A stretch of 64,000 nt of DNA, taken from assembly GCA_003353945.1 (NCBI GenBank), contig PIVM01000001.1, forward strand, positions 31,811 to 95,810. The letters run 5' to 3'. The notes beneath the pieces were generated by a model. The model saw nothing but the letters and a program-made list of their open reading frames with translations, was not told the origin of the DNA and made no database searches. Below, in pieces: positions 33,866 through 47,243 of the stretch; position 1 is the first letter of the stretch; each line of letters opens with the position of its first letter. The translations under genes were made by a program, and so were the position numbers. This DNA is from Gammaproteobacteria bacterium (GTDB lineage: Bacteria; Pseudomonadota; Gammaproteobacteria; Pseudomonadales; PIVM01).

Positions 33866-35251
33866 TTATTTTCCAATGCAAAAACTGGAGAAGATTTTCC
33901 CTAGTAGGTCATCGGGGGAAAATTCCCCTGTGATTTCACCTAGTGCCTGTTGAGCACAACGAAGATCATCGGCAAGTAACTCCGCAGCACCATGGTCTTG
34001 TAATTGCAGCAAGCCACTTTCAAGAAAGGATTTGGCTTGCTGCAAGGCTTGCAAATGGCGTCGTCGGGCGCTGAATTCACCTTCGCTTGTGTTTTTAAAT
34101 CCCATCACTGACTTCAAATGGACTCGTAAGCTGTCAATACCCGTTTTTTCCTTGGCAGATAATGCCAATACTGGGTGATCATCCAGACGTCCATCTTGTA
34201 TTCCAGGGGTAAGTTTGCTTAAGTCGCATTTATTGAGTATGACGGTGATGTTTTGTTTCTTGGCCAAGGCTTGCGTATTTTCTGGCCATAAATCTGTTAA
34301 ATCTGTTGGGATAGTTTTTGAACCATCGAGTACTAGTAATATTTGATCTGCTTTTTCAATCTCCATCCATGCTCTGCGGATACCTTCTTGTTCGATTTCA
34401 TTACCACTGTCTCGTAATCCTGCCGTATCGATAATATGCAGCGGCATACCGTCGAGCTGAATATGTTCTCGCAGCACATCTCTTGTCGTGCCTTCTACAG
34501 TGGTGACGATAGCGGTTTCTTTTTCTGCCAGGGTATTTAATAAACTGGATTTGCCAGCGTTTGGTTTGCCAGCGATGACGACTGACATACCGTCTCTAAG
34601 CAAAGCGCCCTGTCTAGATTTTGTAAAAATAGTGTGAAGTGTTTGTTGAATAAACTTTAGCTTATTCAATACGTTATCGTCATTTATGAAGTCGATTTCC
34701 TCTTCTGGGAAATCAATGGCTGCTTCAACGTATAAACGCAGTTCAATAATCTGCTCTACCAATTTATGAATATGCGATGAAAATTCTCCCTGAAGAGATC
34801 GTATTGCATTGGATGCAGCTTGTTCAGAAGAACTGTCAATCAGATCTGCAATGGCTTCAGCCTGTGTTAAATCTATTTTGTTATTCAGAAAAGCACGTAG
34901 CGAGAATTCGCCGGGTTCAGCCTGACGTGCGCCGAGGTGCAGTACTTGTCGTAACAAGCAATCCATAATGATGGGACCACCGTGTCCCTGCAGTTCGAGA
35001 ACGTCTTCACCAGTAAAAGAATGGGGTGCAGGAAAAAACAGCGCTATGCCTTGGTCGATAATATCTGTTGTATCATCAGATCCATAGAATTGTTTGAAAT
35101 GTGCGTAGCGAGGTTCTAAGTCAGAATGGGTAATCGATTTTGCAATGTTAAGCGCCTGTGGACCAGATACACGAATAATACCTATGCCGCCCCGCCCTGA
35201 AGGGGTTGCAAGAGCGGCAATAGTGTCATCATTTTTCACTGAGGCGTTCAT
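33866..35251 (-). CDS. mnmE: tRNA modification GTPase
   Basis: GKPNAGKSS, GTTRD, DTAGLR, NKCD, FSSFCIGK. Confidence 0.99.
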   Translation of the reverse strand: MNASVKNDDTIAALATPSGRGGIGIIRVSGPQALNIAKSITHSDLEPRYAHFKQFYGSDDTTDIIDQGIALFFPAPHSFTGEDVLELQGHGGPIIMDCLLRQVLHLGARQAEPGEFSLRAFLNNKIDLTQAEAIADLIDSSSEQAASNAIRSLQGEFSSHIHKLVEQIIELRLYVEAAIDFPEEEIDFINDDNVLNKLKFIQQTLHTIFTKSRQGALLRDGMSVVIAGKPNAGKSSLLNTLAEKETAIVTTVEGTTRDVLREHIQLDGMPLHIIDTAGLRDSGNEIEQEGIRRAWMEIEKADQILLVLDGSKTIPTDLTDLWPENTQALAKKQNITVILNKCDLSKLTPGIQDGRLDDHPVLALSAKEKTGIDSLRVHLKSVMGFKNTSEGEFSARRRHLQALQQAKSFLESGLLQLQDHGAAELLADDLRCAQQALGEITGEFSPDDLLGKIFSSFCIGK

Positions 35252-35283
35252 GGTGTAAAAGGTCCTGAAGAACCTTTGTTGTA

Positions 35284-36972
35284 TTAGTCAGCTGCTTCAA
35301 TCTGTCGTGTAATTACCCATTGTTGAGTAATGGATAGGAGGTTGTTAACAACCCAGTAAAGCACCAAACCGGATGGAAAAAACAGAAAGAAAAAAGTAAA
35401 AATGATGGGTAGAAATTGCATTACCTTCGCTTGTGTTGGATCGGGTGGCGGTGGATTGAGTTTTTGCTGAAAGAACATACTCGCACCCATTACAAGCGGC
35501 AGTATAAAATAAGGATCCATGGCTGAGAGATCTTTAATATAGCCCATAAAAGGCGCGTGCCTTAACTCATAGCTTTCCAGCAATACCCAATAGAGCGCGA
35601 TAAACACAGGCATTTGAATCAGGATGGGCAAGCAGCCACCCATTGGATTCACTTTTTCCTTTTTGTATAACTCCATCATAGCCTGGGATTGTTTTTGACG
35701 GTCATCAGGCCAACGTTCGCGGATTTCCAACATTTTGGGTTGGACCTTACGCATTTTAGCCATGCTTTTGTAGGACATGGCGGAAGGGTAGAAAAATAGA
35801 ATCTTTACGGATATGGTTAAGAAAATGATGGCCCAACCCCAATTATGGGTAAGGTCAAAAAAGAACTTCAACAAGGCAAACAAGGGTTGGGCGATCATCC
35901 ACAGCCAACCGTAGTCAACACTGAGATCCAATCCTTCGGCAATTTCCTGCAAGCGGTATTGGTCCTTGGGGCCTACGTAAAATTGGGCGGTTATTTCTCC
36001 TTGTTGGCCAGCGGGAACTAGAATTTCAGGTCCGGTAAAACGAGCCAGGTATTGGCCATTTTGAGTCGCTACCGTTGAATACTTAAACTGCTCTCCTTTT
36101 GCAGGAATCCATGCTGAAAGAAAATAGTGTTGCACCATGGCAATCCAGCCATCTTCCCGTGTTGTAGAAAAATTTTCATCATCCATGTCGTCAAACGTGA
36201 ATTTTTCAAAACGCGATTCATTCGTGGTTGTCGCTACACCTAAAAACGGCTGAACACCCATGCTGCCACCACTGGATGTGGCTGGATCTGGACTGTTATC
36301 CCGCTTTATTTGACCGTAAAGGTTTGCTTTCCAAGGCTTGTCACTGCGGTTATCAATCAGGTACGTTAGATGAATAAGGTAATCACTGCGATGAAATTGA
36401 TAGCGCTTGATGATAGAAACGTTCTCATCTGCCAGGAACGAAAGATCGACAGATAATTCATCTTGATCCGCAGACATTGAAAACTGGTTTTTCTCGCTGA
36501 AAAATACCGGACGGCCATCTTTGGTATCGGTTGCGTTTACACCCACCAAACCGCTTTGTGCGATATACAAACGATGCTGATTTTCAAGCAGAGTAAACGG
36601 AATATCCGGTGTATCAATATGAGCTGAAAACTTCGGCAATGACGCATGCACAATATCTCCACCAAGACGATTGATTTCAATATTCAGGACGTCTGTTGAT
36701 ATCGAAATAATATTGTTTTTATCTACGGTTTCATTATTGCTGACTTCGGCGGCTGTTGTTGTCTGGCTGGTAACGACAGGGATGTCTTCACTCGCTGATG
36801 GGGTGTCAACTGGAATATCAGCTTGGGTTGTAGAAATTTCAACGTTTCTGGTTGATTGCTGGTCAAGAATTTTTTTAATATCATGTTCTTCTTTGAACTT
36901 ACCCCATTCTGTAAGCAGCAAAAAAACAGTTAATACGATACCACCGATTAAAAATATACGCTGAAAATCCAT
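35284..36972 (-). CDS. yidC: Membrane protein insertase
   Basis: VDYGWLW, NPMGGCLPILIQMP, GLVLYW. Confidence 0.99.
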   Translation of the reverse strand: MDFQRIFLIGGIVLTVFLLLTEWGKFKEEHDIKKILDQQSTRNVEISTTQADIPVDTPSASEDIPVVTSQTTTAAEVSNNETVDKNNIISISTDVLNIEINRLGGDIVHASLPKFSAHIDTPDIPFTLLENQHRLYIAQSGLVGVNATDTKDGRPVFFSEKNQFSMSADQDELSVDLSFLADENVSIIKRYQFHRSDYLIHLTYLIDNRSDKPWKANLYGQIKRDNSPDPATSSGGSMGVQPFLGVATTTNESRFEKFTFDDMDDENFSTTREDGWIAMVQHYFLSAWIPAKGEQFKYSTVATQNGQYLARFTGPEILVPAGQQGEITAQFYVGPKDQYRLQEIAEGLDLSVDYGWLWMIAQPLFALLKFFFDLTHNWGWAIIFLTISVKILFFYPSAMSYKSMAKMRKVQPKMLEIRERWPDDRQKQSQAMMELYKKEKVNPMGGCLPILIQMPVFIALYWVLLESYELRHAPFMGYIKDLSAMDPYFILPLVMGASMFFQQKLNPPPPDPTQAKVMQFLPIIFTFFFLFFPSGLVLYWVVNNLLSITQQWVITRQIEAAD

Positions 36973-36995
36973 AATATGACTTCGCTAATAGTGTC

Positions 36996-37295
36996 TCAGT
37001 TATTACAGCATTTATCTTCAACTGGTGGTACGGGATCAATTCCACCGGGATGCCAGGGATGACAACGTGATAATCGTAAAAGAGTCAAGCAAAGGCCTTT
37101 TACTATGCCGTATTGCAGAATCGCCTGTTCGCTATAATGGGAACAACTTGGGTAAAAACGACAGCTTTGTCCAAATAGTGGGGACAAGAACAGGCGATAA
37201 CATTTTATTAAAAAAATGAAGAATGGCTGGAGAAACAGAGAAACACGACCAACAACCGTCGGGTGGTTTTCTCGTGTATACAAGCAACTCTTCAT
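36996..37295 (-). CDS. yidD: Membrane protein insertion efficiency factor
   Basis: [24 protein letters not shown]; start uncertain. Confidence 0.95.
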   Translation of the reverse strand: MKSCLYTRENHPTVVGRVSLFLQPFFIFLIKCYRLFLSPLFGQSCRFYPSCSHYSEQAILQYGIVKGLCLTLLRLSRCHPWHPGGIDPVPPVEDKCCNN

Positions 37296-37328
37296 GATGT
37301 TTTACTATCAAATGATGGTTTGAAACGG

Positions 37329-37688
37329 TTAGGGACTACGGCGATTTAACAATTTTCTCCAAAGCTTGTTTAATTGCCTGGATATATCTTTACTGCTTAA
37401 CTTATCAGCTTCCCTGCGAGTTAATACGATAATATCCATGCCAACCAATTCATACTGGTGTTCGCGAAAACTTTCTCTAATTAAGCGTTTTAGTCGGTTT
37501 CGCCGCACTGCCAAACGGGTATTCTTCTTAGCGATAACCAAACCCAAACGAGCCTGTAATTCACTGTTTGGGCATGCTAGTACTAAAATACCTCCGCCAG
37601 ATACTTTCCATTTAACGCCATCGAATACTGCTTGAAAGTGCCTTGAGGACAATAAGCGCTGCTGTTTTGTGAGCAAATATTCAGACAC
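37329..37688 (-). CDS. rnpA: RNase P protein
   Basis: RLGLVIAKK, AVRRNRLKRLIRESFR. Confidence 0.98.
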   Translation of the reverse strand: MSEYLLTKQQRLLSSRHFQAVFDGVKWKVSGGGILVLACPNSELQARLGLVIAKKNTRLAVRRNRLKRLIRESFREHQYELVGMDIIVLTRREADKLSSKDISRQLNKLWRKLLNRRSP

Positions 37689-37716
37689 TGGATGGAATAA
37701 TTAGCGCATCGTTTGT

Positions 37717-37851
37717 TCAGGCAGTTAGTTTTTTACGGCCTTTCGCTCTACGACGCTTTATTACTAATCGGCCACCCTTGGTTGCCATGCGGGCTCTAAA
37801 ACCATGGTTACGTTTACGCTTGAGATTACTGGGTTGAAATGTTCTTTTCAT
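37717..37851 (-). CDS. rpmH: 50S ribosomal protein L34
   Basis: Translated by hand: [44 protein letters not shown] (below the ORF-track cutoff). Confidence 0.99.
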   Translation of the reverse strand: MKRTFQPSNLKRKRNHGFRARMATKGGRLVIKRRRAKGRKKLTA

Positions 37852-37914
37852 AACAATGGTCTCTTGAGAATAACTGAAATTTCGGCGACTTACTGACTTA
37901 ACAAAAGGCGGGAG

Positions 37915-37943
37915 AGTTTAGTGAATTAATGGATAAATTTCAA
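37915..37943 (-). promoter_or_regulatory. sigma70 promoter of rpmH
   Basis: TTGAAA-N17-TAAACT with GC-rich discriminator CTCCCGCC; DnaA-box-like TTATCCATT in the spacer. Confidence 0.65.
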
Positions 37944-38187
37944 TCTCGAATTCTTAAGATTGAAAAAATTAAGTTGTATGACAAAGTTGGTAAAGAAATC
38001 ACAGCAGATTTGTATAGGGTACCAGAAATTTATATGTTGTGTATGAATCGATTACTTTTACACAAAACAAGAAGTTATAAGCAACGTAAAGCTGTAGAGA
38101 ACCTTGGGGAAAACTGTGAAAAGCTATTAGTAAGAACAGTCGTAGGGAGATACAGGGAAAAGTATAATCCAACAACATAATGAAAGT

Positions 38188-38359
38188 ATATCCACAGGTT
38201 ATCCACTGCTCTAGATATTGTGTACTGGTAAATATGTTAGGGTATTGTTTCTGTGAAAAATATTTATAACCGTATGAATTTATGATAAAAAAATTGTCTA
38301 ATCAGGATTAGAAACAAAAGGAGATAGTTGTGGATAAGTCCTAATCTTCCAGGTAAAAT
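38188..38359 (+). promoter_or_regulatory. DnaA boxes and dnaA promoter
   Basis: ATATCCACA 38188-38196, TTATCCACT 38199-38207; perfect TGTGGATAA 38329-38337 overlaps the -35 of TGGATA-N17-TAAAAT (38354-38359). Confidence 0.75.
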
Positions 38360-38462
38360 GCGTCTTTCAAAGTCAATTTCCCAGCGTCGCATATTACTTT
38401 AAAAAGTAATAACCATAATAGAAAAATGGATATTAATTCGATCTTATCGAGGGGGGTAAGTT

Positions 38463-39902
38463 TTGCCCGATGCAATATGGCAGCAGTGTATTGATCATCT
38501 GCAGGATGAAATGCCGTCTCAACAGTTTAATACCTGGATCCGACCCCTGCGAGCTGAGTTGGCAAACGAGGGTTTATGCTTGTTAGCGCCAAACCGTTTT
38601 ATAAAAGACTGGGTAAATGACAAGTATTTTGGACGTATTAAAGAACTTGTTAATGAAGTGAGTAAGGGTGAGTTTGAACAGGTTGTCTTAGATATTGGAA
38701 AGAGAAACAAAACACCCAATGTACGGCCAAGTAGTTTTGATAGACGAAATGATGATTCTAATAGGAAAGCTAATTTAAAAACGCATACTGCAGTGGAAAT
38801 AGCTAAAGAATCGAAACAAGAAACTGTAAAAGGAAATGCCTCGCAAAAAAGAAAGGTTATGGTAGAAGGTGGTATCACGCACCAAAGTTTTCTCGTTGAT
38901 AATTATACATTTGACACTTTTGTTGAAGGAAAATCAAACCAGTTAGCCCGGGCCGCCTCTATGCAGATTGCTGAGAATCCAGGAGGCGCATACAACCCCT
39001 TATTTTTATATGGAGGTGTTGGTCTTGGAAAAACCCATCTTATGCAGGCCGTAGGTAATGAACTGGAAAAAAGAAATCGTAACGCAAAAGTGGTTTATCT
39101 TCATTCTGAGCGATTTGTAGCCGACATGGTCAAAGCTTTACAATTGAATGCGATAAATGATTTTAAGCGATATTATCGAAATGTAGATGCGCTATTAATT
39201 GATGACATTCAGTTTTTCGCAGGAAAAGAAAGATCACAGGAAGAATTTTTTCATACCTTTAATGCGCTGTTGGAAGGGGGGCAACAAATGATTCTCACTT
39301 GTGACAGATACCCTAAAGAAATCAATGGCGTTGAAGAACGGTTAAAATCTCGTTTTGGATGGGGACTTACTGTGGCGGTAGAACCGCCTGAGCTTGAAAC
39401 AAGGGTCGCTATTTTGCTAAAAAAAGCAGAACAGGCAAATATGGAGTTACCAGATGACGCCGCTTTTTTCATCGCACAAAGGATACGCTCTAATGTTAGG
39501 GAGTTAGAAGGTGCCTTAAAGAGAGTTATTGCCAATGCGCATTTTAAGGCCTGCCCCATTGATGTCGATATGGTGAGAGACTCGTTAAAGGATCTATTGG
39601 CTTTACAAGATCGACAAGTTGGAATTGATAATATTCAAAAAACGGTTGCTGAATATTATAAGATTAAAATGTCAGATCTGTTATCAAAGAGAAGAAACCG
39701 ATCAATCGCTCGACCCAGGCAGGTTGCTATGGCTATGGCAAAAGAATTAACGAACCATAGTTTACCTGAGATAGGAGACGCGTTCGGTGGGCGTGATCAT
39801 ACTACGGTATTGCATGCCTGCCGGAAGATTGCAGAACTGGTAGAATCTAGTTCTGATATTAGAGAAGATTATAAAAACCTGATGCGCATATTGACGAGTT
39901 AG
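38463..39902 (+). CDS. dnaA: Chromosomal replication initiator
   Basis: [29 protein letters not shown]; TTG start. Confidence 0.99.
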   Translation: MPDAIWQQCIDHLQDEMPSQQFNTWIRPLRAELANEGLCLLAPNRFIKDWVNDKYFGRIKELVNEVSKGEFEQVVLDIGKRNKTPNVRPSSFDRRNDDSNRKANLKTHTAVEIAKESKQETVKGNASQKRKVMVEGGITHQSFLVDNYTFDTFVEGKSNQLARAASMQIAENPGGAYNPLFLYGGVGLGKTHLMQAVGNELEKRNRNAKVVYLHSERFVADMVKALQLNAINDFKRYYRNVDALLIDDIQFFAGKERSQEEFFHTFNALLEGGQQMILTCDRYPKEINGVEERLKSRFGWGLTVAVEPPELETRVAILLKKAEQANMELPDDAAFFIAQRIRSNVRELEGALKRVIANAHFKACPIDVDMVRDSLKDLLALQDRQVGIDNIQKTVAEYYKIKMSDLLSKRRNRSIARPRQVAMAMAKELTNHSLPEIGDAFGGRDHTTVLHACRKIAELVESSSDIREDYKNLMRILTS

Positions 39903-39972
39903 AATATTGTTACTTTTAGAATAAATGAAATCTGTTTGAAGAAAGCACCGACTAAATTTTGAGACAAAAGAT

Positions 39973-41076
39973 ATGAAATTTTCAGTGGATAGAGATTATT
40001 TTTTAAAGCCTCTAAGTTTAGTGGCCGGTGTCGTGGAGCGTAGACAGACTTTACCCGTACTTTCTAATGTATTGCTTGTGATAAATGGTTCTGAATTGAT
40101 GATTACTGGCACTGACTTGGAAGTCGAAATAATGGGCCGACTTGAACTGGATGATTCGCTGGAAGATGGTGAAATAACAGTACCAGCAAAGAAATTATTG
40201 GATATTTGCAAATCATTACCTGAAGGAAGTAGTTTGGAGTTTAGCTCTAATGATAATAAAATGACTGTGAAATCTGGGAGAAGTCGATTTTCATTGTCAA
40301 CGCTACCCGTTAGTGATTTTCCAACAGTAGAGGAAAGTGCTTCAGATTTTAGAATAGAACTATTGCAAGGCCAGTTAAGGAAGCTAATTGACCAAACTTC
40401 TTTTGCAATGGCACAGCAGGATGTACGTTATTATCTAAATGGTATGTTATGGGAGTTATCTAGAAGTCGATTTCAGGCAGTGGCAACAGATGGGCATAGA
40501 TTAGCCATGAGTGGTATCGATACTGAAATCGAAGTAGAGGGTGATAAACAGATCATAGTGCCGAGAAAGGGAATCATAGAATTAGGTCGCTTATTGCTAG
40601 ACGAAGAAAAAATAATCGAATTGGTCTTTTGTACCAATCACGTTAGAGCCTACACAGAAAACTATACCTTTACATCAAAATTAATCGATGGAAAATTTCC
40701 AGATTATGAACGAGTAATGCCAAAGGTATGCAATAAAGCAGTTTGTGGTTCAAGACAAGAGCTTAGACAAGCTTTTGCAAGGACATCAATATTATCCAAT
40801 GAAAAATATAGAGGTATTCGTCTAGTTTTATCTGATGGTAGCCTTCAGATTGTTGCTAATAATCCAGAACAGGAGGAAGCGGAAGAGACCGTTTCAGTGG
40901 ATTACAATGGAGAAAAACTAGAGATTGGCTTTAATGTCAGTTATTTGGTAGATGTGCTAACAGTTTTATCGGGTGAAACAGCAAAAATAAGCCTTTCAGA
41001 TTCAAATAGCAGTGCTTTAATTGAAGAAGAAGGAAGCAGCGATTCCCAATATGTTGTCATGCCGATGCGGTTGTAG
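39973..41076 (+). CDS. dnaN: DNA polymerase III beta clamp
   Basis: QQDVRYYLNG, ATDGHRL, VMPMRL. Confidence 0.99.
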   Translation: MKFSVDRDYFLKPLSLVAGVVERRQTLPVLSNVLLVINGSELMITGTDLEVEIMGRLELDDSLEDGEITVPAKKLLDICKSLPEGSSLEFSSNDNKMTVKSGRSRFSLSTLPVSDFPTVEESASDFRIELLQGQLRKLIDQTSFAMAQQDVRYYLNGMLWELSRSRFQAVATDGHRLAMSGIDTEIEVEGDKQIIVPRKGIIELGRLLLDEEKIIELVFCTNHVRAYTENYTFTSKLIDGKFPDYERVMPKVCNKAVCGSRQELRQAFARTSILSNEKYRGIRLVLSDGSLQIVANNPEQEEAEETVSVDYNGEKLEIGFNVSYLVDVLTVLSGETAKISLSDSNSSALIEEEGSSDSQYVVMPMRL

Positions 41077-42201
41077 ATGTTCAAGTCAGAAGAATTACCA
41101 CTGCTGCAAAATATTGTCATTAAATGTGTTCGTAACATAAGTTCGGCTGAACTGAATAGTCTTAAAAAAATTAATATAATCTATGGACGAAATGGAAGTG
41201 GAAAAACGTCTGTATTAGAAGCAATAAACATTTTAGGGTTAGCCAGGTCTTTCAGAACTGCAAAATTCAACGCTGTTATTAAAGAAAATGAAGATTTTTG
41301 CATGGTGCATGGCACCTTAACGGGTAGGCGAGAAAGAGCTATACCAGTGGGCGTCATTAGGAAACGAAACAAGGAATTTCTAATAAAAATTGACGGCCAA
41401 AAAACATCTTCGATTCATCTTCTCGCAGAAAGAATACCCATACAGATATTAAATTCTGACACCTTTCAAATATTGGAAGGTGGCCCAATAGTAAGAAGAA
41501 AGTTTTTGGATTGGGGTGTGTTCCACGTGGAACAAGAATTTAATCATTATTGGCGAAGATTAATGAGGGCTTTGAAGCAGAGGAATGAAGCGCTTCGTCA
41601 TGCTAAAATACGCCGCCTAGATGCGGTGCGGCTGTGGGATAAAGAAATATTAACCACATCAAAAGTGATTGATGGTATTAGAGAAAATTACTTTGCTGTT
41701 CTTGAAAAGAATTTTTCAGGAATCAACAAGAGATTAATCGGCGACTTAGACGTAGAAATTGAATATTTCCCTGGCTGGGATAAAAGAAAGGGACTTGAAG
41801 AACATATATCGGAAAAGCTTGAAATTGACTTAAAGCGAGGATTCACTTCCGTTGGTGCGCACAGAGCAACATTTGATATTAAAAATGGGAAAAATGACGC
41901 GAAACTAGACTTATCTAGGGGCCAACAAAAATTAGCAGTAGCCTCTCTGGTAATCGCGCATGGACTTGCCGTAAATGAGATGTCAGGAAAACACTTACTT
42001 TATCTAGTCGACGATTTGCCCGCTGAATTGGATGACATAAACCTGTCTACTTTATTACTTGTTTTGATTGAGCTGGATTTTGCCCAAATATTCATAACTT
42101 GTATAAACGTGGATACGATCATCAGTAAATTAAGTATTATTGATGCTGTGAAATTGTTTCACGTGAAACATGGTGAAGTTGTGGAAACAGTAGCATCGTA
42201 G
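41077..42201 (+). CDS. recF: DNA replication/repair protein RecF
   Basis: GRNGSGKT, RRKFLDWGVFH, SRGQQK, DDLPAELD. Confidence 0.97.
   Translation: MFKSEELPLLQNIVIKCVRNISSAELNSLKKINIIYGRNGSGKTSVLEAINILGLARSFRTAKFNAVIKENEDFCMVHGTLTGRRERAIPVGVIRKRNKEFLIKIDGQKTSSIHLLAERIPIQILNSDTFQILEGGPIVRRKFLDWGVFHVEQEFNHYWRRLMRALKQRNEALRHAKIRRLDAVRLWDKEILTTSKVIDGIRENYFAVLEKNFSGINKRLIGDLDVEIEYFPGWDKRKGLEEHISEKLEIDLKRGFTSVGAHRATFDIKNGKNDAKLDLSRGQQKLAVASLVIAHGLAVNEMSGKHLLYLVDDLPAELDDINLSTLLLVLIELDFAQIFITCINVDTIISKLSIIDAVKLFHVKHGEVVETVAS
41519..41534. other. parS site
   Basis: Perfect palindrome TGTTCCACGTGGAACA inside recF. Confidence 0.92.
42155..42170. other. parS site
   Basis: Consensus TGTTTCACGTGAAACA inside recF. 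Confidence 0.95.
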
Positions 42202-42283
42202 TGAGAGAAGCTATTTTGTAGCTTAAGGCGTTGACCATACAACCTTTTTTATTGTATTAATCAGTAATGCATTGGAGCAATAG

Positions 42284-44704
<2,421 letters not shown>

Positions 44705-44740
44705 TATTCTTTAAAATGTGCCATTAAAGGCAATGTTCTT

Positions 44741-47191
44741 ATGGTTAAGCGAGTGAAAGCACTATCCCAAACAAATCGTATTAATGATTTCCGCGAACTT
44801 GTTGAAAGGCAGTTCGGCGTTTGGGGACATCAAGTTTATAGTCATCCCTGGCTAATTATTTTCATTATGCTGGCGATCACCGCAAGCCTTGGTTCACAAC
44901 TTCCAAAAATTGATGTAGATACTTCAACAGAAGGGTTTCTCTATGAAGATGATCCGGTAAGGGTTCGCTACGATGCGTTTCGTCAGCAATTTTCTAACGA
45001 TAATAAGACGTTGATGAGTGTGGAAACCACTGAGGTTTTTAATACGACATTTTTAAAGCGTTTTAAAGAATTGCATGAAGAACTAGAGCGTGAGGTCCCC
45101 TATCTCGATGACATAGAAAGTTTAATTAACGTTCGTGAAACCCGCGGAGAAGACGACGCACTTGTTGTAAGTGATTTTCTTGAAGACATACCAGAAACAA
45201 AGGCTGCTCTACTTGAGAAGAAAAAAGCAGCATTAAGCAATCCATTCTATGTGGGTACGTTTCTTTCTGCAGATAGCAAGACGGCCGTACTGACGATTAA
45301 GAATCAAATATATGTCACAGATGAAAACAGCGATGACGAAGTCTTAAGCGGATTTGATGACAATATTTCTTATTCACATGATAAAAAAGCGAGCTTAGAA
45401 AAACTCGGCAGCGATAGAGAGCGAGAAATTTTTATTGCTGTCAAAAAGATCATCGATAAATACGACGCTCCGGGATTTCGCATATCCTCTGTCGGAGGTC
45501 CATTTGATGCGGCCTGGTTTTTGAATATGGTCAGCAATGAAATGAGCCGTTTCACGATGTTTGCAATTATTGCTATTGCAGTATTTCTGCTACTGATTTT
45601 TCGTCGTGCTGCCATGCTGTTTCTTCCGCTAAGTGTCTCAATCCTAGCTATGCTATCCACAATGTCCATTATGGCAATGGCAGGAATTAAAATCAGTTTT
45701 TCCATGCAGATTGTCCCGTCCTTCCTTCTCGCCGTTGGGGTCGGTAATTCAGTACATCTATTTACCGTATTTTTTCAAGCATGTAATCGGGGCGATAACA
45801 AAGAAGAAGCACTGGCATATTCTTTACAGCATTCAGGCTTGGCTATTGCTATGACGGGCTTAACGACGGCCGGTGGTCTACTCTCTTTTCTTTCATCGAC
45901 GATGAAACCGGTATCTGAGTTTGGCATGATCGCCCCAATGGGAGTGATATTTGCTCTCATCTACTCCTTGGTTTTACTACCGGCTCTTATAGCTGTATTC
46001 CCCATTAAAATAACGAAACAAGCTGAACGCAATGATACATTTCTACGACGACAACTGGTTAAGTGTGGAGACATAGCCATTACCTACCCCAAATCCGTTA
46101 TTTCGATCTGGATATTTTCTGTATGTCTTGCTCTAGTTTTTGCTCTGCAAATAAACTTTTCTTTTTTCCCATATAAGAATCTTCCCGAAGATCACTATCT
46201 TCGCCAGTCCATAGAAAAGTTCGATACTGATATGGGGGGGTCGGCACCGCTTGAAATCGTGATTGACACAGGAAAAAAAGATGGAATTAAGGATCCGGAA
46301 ATACTGCAACTCATTGATGAATTTCGAACATATGCGACAGAAAAGGAATTTCATAACATCAATATATCCAAAGCAATATCCATTATTGATGTTAATAAGG
46401 AACTCAATCAGGCGCTTAATGAAAACAATCCGGAATTCTATACCATACCCAAAGACAGAGAAGTAGTTGCCCAGGAATTACTACTGTTTGAAAACAGTGG
46501 GGCTGATGACTTGGAGGTATTGGTTGATTCGCAGTTTAGTATGGCAAGAATGTCCTTAACTATGTCATTAGTTGATGGTGTGTATTACACACCGGTTGTT
46601 GCCGATCTTAAAGAAAAACTGGCCGAAATGTTTAGAGGTAAAGCTGAATTCTGGGTTAGTGGCGTTATTGATCTTATATTTAGTGTTTTTGTGCAAATTG
46701 CTTATAGTTTAGCAAGTTCGTATGTTATTGCATTCCTGATTGTGACTCCCTTAATGATCGTCCTAATTGGAAATTTGAAGATAGGTCTGATCAGCATGAT
46801 TCCCAATTTGGCGCCCATTATTATTACTCTAGGCATGATGAGTTTAGTCGGTATCGAATTAACGACAGCGACTTTGTTAATGGGCAGTATCGCACTGGGT
46901 CTTGTAGTAGACGACACTATTCACTTTATGCATAACTTTCAACGCTACTACAACCGGGATCATGATTTGCGTGATGCCGTTAAACAAACATTAGAAACAA
47001 CGGGACAAGCCTTGTTTTTTAGCACTGTTGTACTGTCGACGGCATTTTTTATTTTTGTGATGAACACCTTATCCGACTGGGCAGCCTTTGGCTTTGCAAC
47101 GGGATTTTGTATTACCGTTGCCTTTTTTGCGGACATTATTCTGGCGCCAGCATTAGTAGCACTGTTAGTAAAGCACAATGAAAAACTGTAA
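44741..47191 (+). CDS. MMPL/RND-superfamily lipid transporter
   Basis: Two repeats of TM-large loop-5TM; TTAGGLLSF, IALGLVVDDTIHF, ETTGQAL. Confidence 0.88.
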   Translation: MVKRVKALSQTNRINDFRELVERQFGVWGHQVYSHPWLIIFIMLAITASLGSQLPKIDVDTSTEGFLYEDDPVRVRYDAFRQQFSNDNKTLMSVETTEVFNTTFLKRFKELHEELEREVPYLDDIESLINVRETRGEDDALVVSDFLEDIPETKAALLEKKKAALSNPFYVGTFLSADSKTAVLTIKNQIYVTDENSDDEVLSGFDDNISYSHDKKASLEKLGSDREREIFIAVKKIIDKYDAPGFRISSVGGPFDAAWFLNMVSNEMSRFTMFAIIAIAVFLLLIFRRAAMLFLPLSVSILAMLSTMSIMAMAGIKISFSMQIVPSFLLAVGVGNSVHLFTVFFQACNRGDNKEEALAYSLQHSGLAIAMTGLTTAGGLLSFLSSTMKPVSEFGMIAPMGVIFALIYSLVLLPALIAVFPIKITKQAERNDTFLRRQLVKCGDIAITYPKSVISIWIFSVCLALVFALQINFSFFPYKNLPEDHYLRQSIEKFDTDMGGSAPLEIVIDTGKKDGIKDPEILQLIDEFRTYATEKEFHNINISKAISIIDVNKELNQALNENNPEFYTIPKDREVVAQELLLFENSGADDLEVLVDSQFSMARMSLTMSLVDGVYYTPVVADLKEKLAEMFRGKAEFWVSGVIDLIFSVFVQIAYSLASSYVIAFLIVTPLMIVLIGNLKIGLISMIPNLAPIIITLGMMSLVGIELTTATLLMGSIALGLVVDDTIHFMHNFQRYYNRDHDLRDAVKQTLETTGQALFFSTVVLSTAFFIFVMNTLSDWAAFGFATGFCITVAFFADIILAPALVALLVKHNEKL

Positions 47192-47243
47192 GAATAGTTA
47201 TTCTTTAGAGTGAATACAAAGCAACCAGAATTGCCGACGAAAC

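Noticed and set aside
37929-38180. 83-aa ORF between rpmH and dnaA
   Set aside because: Overlaps promoter and DnaA-box region; likely spurious
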